Source of the DNA: Gracilinanus agilis
Lineage: Eukaryota
Length of the DNA stretch: 52,724 bases
Direction of reading: 5' to 3'
Assembly: GCF_016433145.1 (NCBI RefSeq)
Contig: NC_058132.1
Location: forward strand, 86,859,272 to 86,911,995
Both the position numbers and the translations under genes were made by a program. Below the pieces are notes generated by a model, which had not been told where the DNA came from, ran no database searches, and saw only the letters and a list, made by a program, of their open reading frames with translations. Below are positions 34,950 through 46,539 of this stretch, one piece after another; the stretch's first letter is position 1, and each line of letters opens with the position of its first letter.

Positions 34950-35885
34950 TCATTTTTTGATGAATATTTGGAGAACACGATCCCTAATCTGCTTGGTCCT
35001 GACACCATAAATAATGGGGTTGAGGGCAGGTGGCACAACAACATATAGATTGGCCAAGAGGATATGAATGTAGTGAGGTACATTCTTCCCAAACCGGTGA
35101 GTGAGGAAGGAGAATAGGGCTGGGGTATAGAAGGCCAACATAACACAAATGTGGGAGCCGCAAGTATTCATGGCCTTTAGTCGAGCATCTTGGGATGGGA
35201 GGCGGAAGACAGCCTGAAGGATCCTGATATAGGAAACTCCAATCAGAATCACATCCACAAATACTATAAAAATTACAACCAAGCCATAAATAATATTGAC
35301 TCTAATGCTGGCACAGGCCAACTTGGCAATGCCCATGTGTTCACAATAGGTGTGAGGAATAAGATGGGAATCACAGAATGGTAACCTCAAGACAAGATAA
35401 ATCAAAGGAAGCATGAAGGTCAGAGACTTAAGGATTATGGCCCCTGCAATTGTCCCAATGGTCTTAGTGGTCAGGATGGTGGTATATTTGAAAGGATGAC
35501 AGATGGCTACATAACGATCAAAGGCCATGGCCAGAAGCACTGCTGACTCCATAGTGGTGAAATTATGAGCAAAGAACATCTGGGCAACACAGCCTGCCAA
35601 GCTAATCTCTCTTAAATGAAACCAGAATATTCCCAGCATCTTGGGAATGGTAGCTGTTGACAAGCCAAGGTCAATAGCAGCTAACATAGCCAAGAAATAG
35701 AACATGGGTTGGTGGAGACTCTTCTCAGTATGTATCACAAACAGAATGGTGCAGTTTCCTAAGAGTGCAATCAGATATACAGAACCAAAAGGGAAGCCAA
35801 TCCAGATATGGGCAGCTTCTAGCCCTGGAATACCAACCAGCAAGAAAGAGGAGGAGTGGGTATAAGTATTATTGGAATGGAGCAT
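34950..35885 (-). CDS. OR52E-like: class I olfactory receptor, family 52 (subfamily E-like), 311 aa, intact
   Basis: [72 protein letters not shown]; sequon NNT; acceptor ttttttcctccag at 35926-35925. Confidence 0.97.
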   Translation of the reverse strand: MLHSNNTYTHSSSFLLVGIPGLEAAHIWIGFPFGSVYLIALLGNCTILFVIHTEKSLHQPMFYFLAMLAAIDLGLSTATIPKMLGIFWFHLREISLAGCVAQMFFAHNFTTMESAVLLAMAFDRYVAICHPFKYTTILTTKTIGTIAGAIILKSLTFMLPLIYLVLRLPFCDSHLIPHTYCEHMGIAKLACASIRVNIIYGLVVIFIVFVDVILIGVSYIRILQAVFRLPSQDARLKAMNTCGSHICVMLAFYTPALFSFLTHRFGKNVPHYIHILLANLYVVVPPALNPIIYGVRTKQIRDRVLQIFIKK

Positions 35886-35959
35886 CCTGCCAAGTTATGG
35901 TGTATTTCTTGTTAGTGGACTGACCTGGAGGAAAAAAATATTCAAAGATTAAATTTTGA

Positions 35960-36058
35960 AGGAAGGAAAGAAAGAAAGGAAGAAAGGAAGGAGAGAAGGG
36001 AGGAAAAAAGGAAGGGAAGAAGAAAGAAAGGAAGGGAAGAAGAAAGAAAGGGAGGAAG
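35960..36058. repeat. (GGAA/GAAA)n purine tract; on the gene strand it extends the intronic pyrimidine tract
   Basis: direct reading. Confidence 0.85.
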
Positions 36059-36122
36059 ATTGAGGATCTTTAGGTCTATTTTCTTATTTTCTATGTAAAA
36101 TCTTTTTGTAAATGGTCTAGAC

Positions 36123-36316
36123 CAGTAGTTCCCAAACATTTTTGGCCTACCGCCCCCTTTCCAGAAAAAATATTACTTAATGCCCCCTGTCACATACTAT
36201 CACCGCCTTCTTACAGTTATTTCCTGCCCCCAAATGCACCTGTGGCCATCACTGCCTCCCCCTGGATGGCTGCAACACCCACCTGGGGGTAGTGGTGCCC
36301 ACTTTGGGAATCACTG
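36123..36316 (+). mobile_element. non-autonomous hAT (Charlie-type) DNA transposon, 194 bp
   Basis: TIRs cagtagttcccaaa / tttgggaatcactg; perfect 8-bp TSD gtctagac (36115-36122, 36317-36324). Confidence 0.93.
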
Positions 36317-37692
36317 GTCTAGACACAGTATGATTAATCTTAAATATATGTATATTATTGATGCATACACATATACACTTGTATATATTCATATACATAT
36401 ATTCAAATGTTATATTATATATATATATATCCCCCCATTCTCTCAAATTAAGGAAAACTGAAAAAATATTGGAGTTAAATTATTTAGGCTATCCCAGACA
36501 TTGAACCTATTTATTCCTTGTTCTTTCTCCCAACATGGTTTTTCAGTTCTTCTTTTACTCAGCAATATTTCCCCAAGGCTCCATTTATCCTGGACATTAT
36601 TTTTTTCTGAATAACTCCCCAAACTATAGAACTACATTGATCAATGATTTCCTCATTTGAAAATTGACTCTATACTACATTTCATTATTATTTACTTTTC
36701 CTATCCATGTTAGATTGTCTTTTCAATTGGATTGTAAATTCCAGGAAGGTCACTGGTCTAGGAGTTGGGAAAAATGGACTTAAATCATGAACTGGTCACT
36801 GACTAGCTTTGAGAACTTCTCCTAACCCTTTTTTTTCTATTTTATATTACTCTAAAAGTGTCTATTTCTATTATTCATCATTTTAGTATTGAATCTTACT
36901 CTTATCTGTCTGTAATTTTCTAAGAACTTCCTAACATACTTTTATAACTTCTATTTCTCCCCACTGTAATCTATCCTTCATGAATGAAGATGAAACTTTC
37001 TTAGGTATAAATCTGATAATATAACACCTCTGTTCTAAGTTTTTCATAGCTTTCCATTGTTTACTAAATAAAACTCATAATATCCCATTACCTCATCTGG
37101 ATGTTATGTCCACCCTATAGCATTGTCTCCCAGTAGTACTGTCACTTATAAATAAGATTTGGAAAATCAAAGTAAGTCAGTGAATAGATTCCTTAAAGAT
37201 CCAGGCTGGGATCTGCTGAAGTTAATGAGGAAAGCAGAAAAAGGAAAGAATAAGAATTAGGAAATGTAGGGCAGAGGGGAAGAGGAAGAAAAGAAATTGA
37301 AAAGAAGAAAAAATAGAAAAAAGGAAAAAGAGGAAATGATAGAAAACTAGAAGAGATTGGAGAAATAAAGGATGAAAGGAGGGAAATGAAAGAAAAGAGT
37401 AAAAAAGATAAAGGAATAAGAGTAAAGTGAAAGTAGGGAAATAAGGTACAAAATGAATTAACGAAGGAAAATTAAGCAAGCTATAGAAAAAAGGGAATGA
37501 AATGGAAAATTGGGGAAAAGAGGAAAGAAAAAGAAGGGTTAAGGATAATGGTAACAGTAGAGAAAAGGGATTGCTCTGGAGTTTGAATTTAGGATAGCTG
37601 GTTTTCCTTTTTAAAAAGCTAAAGTTTCTGGATGAGGAGCAAAGATAAGGGAAGAATGAAAAGTTTAGGGTACACACAGAATTCAAGCATTC

Positions 37693-37860
37693 ACTTACCA
37701 GACCAGATACTGCTCTATGAGTCAAGAGCTTGAGAATATTAATAACAGAGCTGCTCACTTGCATTTCTCCTGTCTGATGCTCATGCTGGATGTCAGCCAA
37801 CACACACAGGCCCTCTGGTGCATTACAAAACATAGATCCCCTGGGAACAGAATTAAGAGT
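37693..37860 (-). promoter_or_regulatory. candidate promoter / non-coding exon 1 of the OR52E at 34950-35885
   Basis: perfect donor CTG|GTAAGT (37698-37693); exact O/E TCCCNNGGGA (tcccctggga 37837-37846) 4 bp from a TAATT core (37851-37855). Confidence 0.55.
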
Positions 37861-38194
37861 TAACTCTTTGGTTGATAGTTGGCTTCAAAGAGATGATGTC
37901 CATTCACAGTTAACCTTTCCATAGCTGAGGAAGAATTTGGTCAGTTTGAATTTCATTGGGGCATCTGAAAGGAGAATGCTTCATGGATTACAGCTGCTGT
38001 TGCAAACAGAAGAAGTGAACTCACTTTCTCCTAGAGCCTTTCCTTGATTATCAGTCATCATGTCATCATCTATCACTGAGATGCATGCTTGCCATGAATG
38101 TATTCAATGGAAATAGCATATGCACTTTTTAACTGTATACATTCTTCCATTTTCTTTACATTCAGGTTTAATATTAGCACATTCAAGTCAGAAA

Positions 38195-38283
38195 CTCTCT
38201 GTCTCTCTGTATCTGTCTCTGTCTGTCTCTGTCTGTCTCTGTCTCTCAGTCTCTCAGTCTCTCTGTCTCTCTGTCTTTCTCTC
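38195..38283. repeat. (CT)/(CTGT)n microsatellite
   Basis: direct reading. Confidence 0.9.
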
Positions 38284-38419
38284 ATCTTTTTATTGCCAGA
38301 AAACAGAATAGTGTTTAGCACATGGTACCACTTAAGAAATTCTAGTTGATTGATTAATAGATAGAAAATATAACAGTAAGAATATTTTGTTCATTAGACT
38401 TTTAAGACACTGACAGAGG

Positions 38420-39082
38420 TATTTTATAGATATATATTTAAAGTGTGGCCACCAGGAAGGAATCAAAAATTCAGGTTGATTCCATAATTAAATTAGACCC
38501 AAGTCAGGACTGGGTTTAAGGCAGTTTATTTACAGTTGGGAAGGTAAAAGGTAGGGAAATAGAGAGGGAGAGGCTAGTCCAGGCCTGCAGAGGCCTGGAC
38601 AGAGAGAGAAGGTTAGAAGGCTAAATAAATGAGGCTACAAGTCACAAGGCCTAGCAATCAGATAGGCTAGAGCCTACTTAAAGGTAGAGTTTGGAAATGC
38701 CAAGCTAGGCCCAAGGAAGTCAGCCTAGCTTATCCACATGACCATTCAGAGTAGAAGCTGTCTGTGGTCTCACCCGACTACCTGCAGCACCAAGTTCAAA
38801 GCAGGAACTCCCTTTCTCAGGAAGTAACCAACATACTTAAAGAGAAAGTGTCCTTCGTCACTTCCCATGGGTCTGCCTCTAATTCAAGTGAACAAATGGC
38901 AACCTCTACACTGATTTTGGACTGCCCAAAGAGAAGTCCCTTGTTCTTGATTTGTTACTTATTGTCACGTGAGGGTAACTCGTCTCCCCTCCCCACTAAG
39001 GGAGGCAGTGATGACATCATCTCTATGCCTAGGGTAAGTAGAGTTTGACTATGAATGGGCTAGAGCTAATTCTATTTACACA
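38420..39082 (-). mobile_element. solo LTR, same family as 6151-6763
   Basis: reverse complement begins tgtgtaaatagaattagctc; TSD gagg (38416-38419, 39083-39086). Confidence 0.88.
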
Positions 39083-39204
39083 GAGGGGGATATCTCCTAG
39101 GAAGTTGGGTATTTCCAGATGGTGGGAACTGTGCCTTCATCATCAGCTATGAGTTCTACAACTTGGTAGATTGTATATCTCCCTCAATGGGATCACTCTG
39201 AAGG

Positions 39205-39670
39205 TGTTGTGAGAAAACATACCCAAGTTTGTAACAAGGTCTGGCCCCAAGAATGGAAGGCTCAAAACTCCATTCGATCCAGAAGTATGAAAGAATTTTA
39301 TTTGAAGAAGAAGTTTTTAAAGACAGTATAATATCCTAGACTGGTGAAATGGCCTAAGGACTACTAGAATAGCCTTGGAGCTGATAATGAAGTAGCTCCT
39401 CCCCTCCCATGGGGATCAGGGTTTGCATATTTATTGAGGGCCCTGGACTGCCAGAGAGCCCTTAGTACCATGTGTTCCATGTTTCCCTCCATTGTCCCAC
39501 ATACTATCATTTGTCAGTGTAGGTGTGTTATTGAAATTTTGGGGTCTCTGAAATAGATTTCCTGTGAGCCCACTGGCTTCCTTTGGAATTTTAGGGGGTC
39601 TTTGACCTACATTTCCCATGAACTCACTGGCTTCCTGGCTTACATGATGACATAGACAGTTATGTAGTGA
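39205..39670 (-). mobile_element. probable LTR fragment
   Basis: minus-strand AATAAA (ttttattt ~39296) and upstream AT-rich TATA-like motif (~39430); boundaries approximate. Confidence 0.4.
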
Positions 39671-39671
39671 T

Positions 39672-41080
39672 GTAGACTAGAGGATAAAAATTAGTGGGTG
39701 GGCTTGCATGCCTTCTTTCGTGGCTTGGCAGCGGATGCACCATGGGGAAAGGAGGTAAACTGTCTCTTAGCATGGCACATGGCTTCATTTTTCTAATGGC
39801 TACCAATAAATCTTTTAAGACCATAATATTTATAAATTTTATTCATTTTTCATTTTATTTTTTACATTTTTGGCAACCACCTGAAGTTTGGAGAGTGAAC
39901 TTTAAATTTTTCAGATACCCTAACAAGTCACATTCCTTCTGCCATGGCTTTTCACCCTCCCTGCACAGGCAAAACTCTGAGAGAACTCCAAATTCTCTCT
40001 GGAGCTTCGGACCTGCTTTTATTTTTGGCCACCCTGCTACTTTCCTTTGAGCAGCTTTTATAGGAGTTCTTGGCCTAACGGGGAAAAGCCATGCTTTTGC
40101 TGATAGCTCCAGCTGCCTTTTTCTGTCTGCTGTTCATGATCTTCTTGGCTTTCAGTGCCAGCCCCTCCAGCTCGACCCTCCCTGGGCTCCATGCTGCTGC
40201 TGACCTTCCCAATCTTCCCATTGCTAGCTATGACCTGGACCAGGAGCTCCTCTTCCCAATGTTCCTGATCCAACACAGTGCCTGGAGCTGCTGCCTTCAC
40301 TGCTTGAAGTTTGGGAAGTATAAACCCCTTCTTTTTCATTGTGCACACCAGAGAGTTGCCCGGATATGTTTCCTCTTAGACATTAAGAACTTTTTACCTT
40401 AGGAGATCTTCTGACTTTTCCTCCCTCCAAGTGGGTTTTCAAGCCTGACCTAGCTGCTTTTCTAACACGCCCCCCCCCCGCCATGAGCCTGCTTCAGCTG
40501 CTTTTCCAGCCCTTACCCCAGTTGGCAACCATACTTTGCCTGTGGGGGGAAGAGACTGAGATAACATGTGGGCCCTAGCCCTTTACCAGGAAGGAGAATG
40601 GCAAGCATGGCCCGTGTTATCTATTTCAAACAGATCCCAATGGTGGGATGTTTTTTATTCCTACCATTCCTGGATGTACTGGTCCTTGCAATTATCCTGT
40701 CTGACTCAGGGGAGAGATGCATCTCCCCATGCACCCTGGCCAGTTGGGCCTGTCCAGTCTCTGTACCTCATCCACACTATGCTCAGTGCAGAGCTCAGAT
40801 AAAAGGAACTTGAATAGAACTTTTAAAAGAGTGGAGGTGGATTTTAAACCTCCTCAGACTCCACTGTTTTTTGAAAGTCTCTGTATCTTATTGTATTTTG
40901 CTGATTGCTTGTTTTATGATTAATTTTGTTGTTTTAAGGTCATATATTAATCTGATCAATATCTTTCTGTCACACTGAATCATTTTGAGATCTGTTTTTG
41001 GCTATTAAATTCTGTTAATGATTTTATTGGACCTCCTTAATAATGAACAAGTCTATTCTGATTGGTAAAAAGATTTTTAA
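39672..41080 (+). mobile_element. ERV remnant: LTR 3' part, tRNA-Arg-like PBS and leader
   Basis: AATAAA ~39805, LTR end ...tttaca 39866, tggcaaccac 39871-39880 complementary to a tRNA-Arg 3' end; GC-rich leader follows; no gag motif recognised. Confidence 0.6.
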
Positions 41081-41209
41081 CTACACTGCTTATAATTTGT
41101 CATTTGCTTATAGTATAGTATTTGCTAATTTCCCATTTTGCAGAAGAGGAAACTGAAGTGCACAGAGGCTAAGTGACTTGTCCAGGCTCACATAGTTAGA
41201 CAGTGTCAG

Positions 41210-42300
41210 AGGCTATTGGTCTATACCTAGTTTCCTCCATATTGTTTTCCAGTTTTACCAGCAGTTTTTATCAAATGGTGAGTTCTCATTCCAAAAGTTG
41301 GGATTTTAGGATTTGCCAAACCCTTCATAGCTAAGGTCATTTACCACTAATCTATTCCTTTGATTCAGCAATCTATTTCTTAGCCAATACCTGATTATTT
41401 TGATGATTACTGTTTTATAGTACAGTTTGACATCTGGTATTACTGGACCACCATCCATCACAATTTCCTCTATTGATTTCCTTTATATTCTTGATCTTTG
41501 TTCTTCCAGATGAATTTTGTTATAATTTTTCTTAGTTCTACAAAATAATTTTTGGTAGTTTGATTGATATGGCACTGAATACGTAAATTAATTTAGATCA
41601 AATTGTCATTTTGTTATATTAGCTCATCCTACCCATAAATAATTAATGTTTTTCCAATTTTTTAGACCTAACTTTATTTTGTATGAAAAGTGTTTTATAA
41701 CCGTGTTCATATAATTCCCATGTTTGTTCAAATTGATTTCCAAGTATTTTGTATTGCTTAGTTATTTTAAATGGAAATTCTTTTTCTATCTTTTGCTGCT
41801 AGACTTTGTTGGTAAAATATATAACTGCTGATGATTTATGTTGGTTTGTTTTGTATTCTGAAACTTTGTCCTATTTAATATTTCAACTAGGTTTTTAGTT
41901 GATTCTCTAGGATTCTCTAAGTATACCATCATATCATGCAAGGCATGATAATTTAGTATCCTCATTGCCTGCTTTAACTCCTCCTTCAATTTCTTTTTCT
42001 TCTCTTATTGCTATCCAGAGAAGGAACTGTTGGAGTTGGAATTGAAGTATACTATTAGGGTTTTTATTTGATGGTTCTGACTTTATATGAGTATTCTCAT
42101 AAAACAATAAACAATATGGAAATTGGTTTTGTGTGATAATATACATATATAGCCTAGATCAAACTGCTTACCATCTCTAGGAAGAGGGAGGGAAGAGGGG
42201 AAGAGAGACAATTTGGATCTTATGTCTTCAGAAAACTTATGTGGAAAATTGCTATTACATGAAATTGGTAAAATAACATTTCTTTAAAAAAATAAAAAAA
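41210..42300. mobile_element. old L1: minus-strand ORF2 piece joined to a plus-strand 3' UTR/poly-A
   Basis: ORF 41786..41989 has HDMMVYLENPRESTKNL (L1 RT YADD-region remnant); A-rich tail near 42285-42300. Confidence 0.65.
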
Positions 42301-43071
42301 ATCCTAATGATACAAAACTAAGAAGTATAACTGATGTATTGGAGGCAAGCCCCAAAGATTATAACAGGCAAAAATAATATGTGATATGTGTATTATATTG
42401 ATTTCTACAATGAGGTTCAGACTATCACACAATTACAGAATACTTGAGTCTAGGTAGACAATGTGTTATTTTCTCTGATAGACTGTATGCTCCTTGAGAA
42501 GAGGCACTTATTTTTGTCTGTGTATGAATAGCACGTAACACATTACAAATATGATTTACAGATATAAATGGGGGGACAGGTTTAAATTCTTGTTAATTGG
42601 TTGATTGAATTAACGTGCAAGGGGCTTAGGAATTATTTTTAGACTGTAAGCCAGTATGAGTCTGTAACATGAAGATGAAGGCAAAAAAGATACATAATTT
42701 AAAACTGCATTAAAAAAAACTATGAAGAGCAATTTGGCACAAATTCTGATTTCAGAATTCATGAATTCAATCAAATAAATTCAAATCATATCTCTGCTGC
42801 ATGCTGGCTTTGAAATATTATGAAAGTTGCTTTCTCAGAATCCCCAAGTAATCTGTAGAGGATCTTCCTTATCAAAAGATTGTTATGCTGATAAAATCCT
42901 GAGAGACAGAGCCAAAGAAAGAGGGATGAAGGGACAGGAACAAAGACAGACAGATTAGTAATCAGAAAGAGACAGACAGATTTGTAGGAAGAGAGGGGGA
43001 AAGAAAGAGGACGAAGACAAGGAGAGAAAAAAAGGGGGAAAATAGCAACAGAAGTAGTAATAACAAGAAGA

Positions 43072-43431
43072 TGTGTGAAGAGAAGCCCCCTCCCAGGATC
43101 ACATACTGGAGTCCTATCTGTGTACTGTGTGTGTTATGTACATGAGTGTGCTCCAGTGTGGGTCACAAGACAGTGACCTAGGTATATGACCTGGAAAGGA
43201 TCAGGTTAGGATCCAGGGATAAAAGAGAAGATATAAAAGAGGGGGTTCCAGGGAGTGGGTTCTCTATTCCCTTGGATGTGGTGTTGAAAGGTCGTAGGCT
43301 GAGAAAGCCATGAGAAGAGTGCCCACACAGCTAGTTCAGATAGCTCTATATCTGTCTGCCTTCTTTTACTCAAGTAAATATTAATAAACTCTATGGAAAT
43401 TAAGGACTAGAGTTTTAATTTAGCTTTAACA
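43072..43431 (+). mobile_element. solo LTR, 360 bp
   Basis: TG...CA, exact TSD aaga (43068-43071, 43432-43435), TATAAAA 43232-43238, AATAAA 43383-43388. Confidence 0.88.
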
Positions 43432-45261
43432 AAGAAAATTACAAAAGAAAAATCCATATACTAAGTGTCTACTTTGTACCAGGAACTTTTTTTAAGCTAT
43501 GGGGATACAAAGAATTAAAATATAGCATCTGCCCTCAAGGAATTCATATTCTAATGGAGGAGACAACATATTGAAAACTAGGCTTATACAAGATATATAC
43601 AAAGCAGATGGAACAATTTCAGAGGGGAAGGAATTAGACTTGTTCCGTTATAATTCACACTAGGAGTGAAGCTTATAGAGAAACTTTATGCCTTTTCATG
43701 TAGCAGTTTCATATAAGGATAAACATCATATCAATTAGAATTGACCCAAATATTTGTGTCAGGATGCCATGGGCACCTGAGTGCTAGAAGTCCTCATGCA
43801 GAAGTTGGATGATGGCTTTTTCCAGGTATAGTAAGGATTGTGTTGATTGGGTATTATTTAGACTAGGTGGACCCAACAATATTTGTTGTATTGTAGACCC
43901 TCTAAGATCCTTTCTAGTTCCTACATTCTGTGATTATGTAAAGCTCCTAGAAGGTCAGGGTAGATTCTCCTCTGAATGAGAACTCCCCAAAGGAGCAAGA
44001 AGTTATTCCTGAGAGAAACACTGCCATATAAGATAGTCACTCTCATGCTGACTCAGGTCAAACAGGTCATGAATATATGCTTACTGTGATTAGGTAAAAG
44101 CTACAGGGCTTAATAGCATTCCCCGACTGCTTTTGCAAGGGTTAGTCTGAATCAGAAGGTGACCAAGTATAAGTCAAAAAGTCAAGTTACAGGTTCACTT
44201 TAAAGAGTTGAAATCCTAGAGGTTAAGACAACTGGGAAAAATTTAAACAATTTCTAGAGCACAAATTTGGGCAAAGTCAAAAGTACCCAACAAGGAAGTC
44301 AGATAAAAAAGGCAGTGATTTTGTCTTCTTCCTTTCAGACAGCTGAGGCATCTTGTAAGAATTTTCAAGGTTACATCATTAGCTTCTTAGGAGATAAATG
44401 AATCCCTCTGATGATACTTCAAGTGACAATACAGATTAAAATTATAATGTAGGCTTTTCTAAAATATCTCTGTGGTTTCAACCCTAAAAACTACAAGCAT
44501 TTTTTCAAGGCTCTGACCTTTGGATTTTTTTTTACTACATTCATTTTTCAGTCCAGTCCTGGATTTACATCTTTAATCCTTCTAAATTTTCTTTTAAGTG
44601 TTCTACTACTTCCAGGCTGGGGAATAGGCCATTTTAGATCTCTAAAATACCTAAAACATTCTTCTGTCTTTTCTTATAGGCCTCAATTCATTCATTTCTT
44701 TCTCTTACTTTTTCTTCTCTCTCATCTATTTTTCTGTTATTCCTCCATTTTTATTTTTCTTGGTTCACTTTCTCTCTCAATTCTCTTCATCATATCTCTA
44801 TATGAAATTCCTGTTAAATAATTTCTTCTTCACTCAAATCTTACTACAGGAAAGCTATCCCTCTCTGTGAGAGGTATTGGTTCCACTTCCATCCTTCCAT
44901 CTGAGTTATAGAGATCACCTGGTAGTTCTTTGTAACTGATATTCATGGAATATCATTTTACAACTTAATGTAGCAGAAGATTTGATGTTTTTAAGCTTTA
45001 GATACTATACTTATTTGAAACTTGAGCTATCACAACCCTTTAACATATCTTTATATGTTTTCACAATCACATCTATATTTTAGAGGTAACCCTACTGATA
45101 TTAGCATCAATTTGAGGATTTATCTTCTAAATTCACAATTTTTTAGATGATGAACATTCTTTCATAATAGATCTCTGAGCATCATTAACATTAGAGCACT
45201 GGACCTCTATAATGAGTAATGAGATTAGGAAGAGATGGCACTATTTTCCTGGAAATTAGCA

Positions 45262-46203
45262 TCAGAAATGTTTGGTATTAACCATTCTTAGAACACTCTC
45301 TCGTATCTGCTTGGTTCTGACACCATAGATGATAGGATTGAGTGCAGGTGGAACTACCACATACATATTGGCTAGAAGAATATGGATGTAACCAGGGATA
45401 TTATGACCAAATCTATGTGTCAGGAAAGAAAAAAATGCTGGGATATAGAAGATGAGGATAACACAGACATGAGAGCCACAGGTATTGAGAGCCTTGAAAC
45501 GGGCATCCCAGGATGGAAGGTAGAAAACTGTGTGAAGGATCTTTATATAGGAAAAACCAATCACACAAATATCAATAAATCCTACAGAAAAAGCCACCAG
45601 TCCATATAAGATATTCACTCTGATGTTGGCACAGCTCAAACGAGCAATACCCATATGCTCACAGTAAGTGTGAGGAACAATTTGAGCACTGCAGAAAGGC
45701 AGTCTTAGGATGAGAAATATGAATGGAGTGATAAAGAGTAAAGATCTTACTATAATGATAATTCCCAGAATGACTACAACCTTATTGGTGAGGATCATGG
45801 TATATCTCAGTGGATTGCAGATAGCCACATAGCGGTCAATGGCCATGACTGCAAGTAACACAGACTCAAGGCTGGTGCACATGTGGATGACATACATTTG
45901 GGTGACACAAGCACCAAACATTATCTCTTTCAGTTTGAACCAGAAGATGCCCAGCATCTTGGGAATGGTGGCCGTGGATAAACTCAGGTCAATGGCAGCC
46001 AACATGGCCAAGAAGTAGAACATGGGCTGGTGGAGACTCCGTTCAGTCTGGATCACAAGAATGATGGTGATGTTTCCCATAACAGCAATCAGATATACAG
46101 TGCAAAAGGGAAAGCCAATCCAGATATGCAAATCTTCTAGACCTGGGATCCCCAATAGGAAGAAAGAGGATGGATGAAATTGAGTATTGTTGTGAGGGGC
46201 CAT
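45262..46203 (-). CDS. OR52E5-like: class I olfactory receptor, family 52 subfamily E (resembles OR52E5), 313 aa, intact
   Basis: [95 protein letters not shown]; subfamily call from recalled human OR52E5 sequence. Confidence 0.97.
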   Translation of the reverse strand: MAPHNNTQFHPSSFFLLGIPGLEDLHIWIGFPFCTVYLIAVMGNITIILVIQTERSLHQPMFYFLAMLAAIDLSLSTATIPKMLGIFWFKLKEIMFGACVTQMYVIHMCTSLESVLLAVMAIDRYVAICNPLRYTMILTNKVVVILGIIIIVRSLLFITPFIFLILRLPFCSAQIVPHTYCEHMGIARLSCANIRVNILYGLVAFSVGFIDICVIGFSYIKILHTVFYLPSWDARFKALNTCGSHVCVILIFYIPAFFSFLTHRFGHNIPGYIHILLANMYVVVPPALNPIIYGVRTKQIRESVLRMVNTKHF

Positions 46204-46539
46204 CCTAAGGCCTTCCTGCAGGAAGGATATCCCTCTCTGTCACAGGTGCTGGTCACACTTACACCATTGTCTCAATTGTAGAAATAAAAAAGACACTTTT
46301 CCAATTCCATAACCCAGCAGAAGAAACCTACCAGGGAAAGTTCAATGTGATTAAATAGGTTCTAAACTGTCAAAGAACTGACAAATAGGGCTCACACATT
46401 CTATTAATGCAAATCAGTTCACTTACTTATAATCACTGTCATCTTAGTGATAACTTCATCCTTCACAAGTGTGAGCCAATGGGAGAAATTCTATTCATTA
46501 TTAGATTCCTAGTAATAGAAAGGAAATGGTTGGTGGGAT

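Noticed and set aside
37222-37833. 203-aa F/L/S-rich ORF that looks membrane-like
   Set aside because: Translation of a pyrimidine-rich low-complexity intron tract.
40058-40402. ORFs in the ERV leader as gag or a co-opted gene
   Set aside because: No matrix/capsid/CCHC motifs recognised; short and on both strands.
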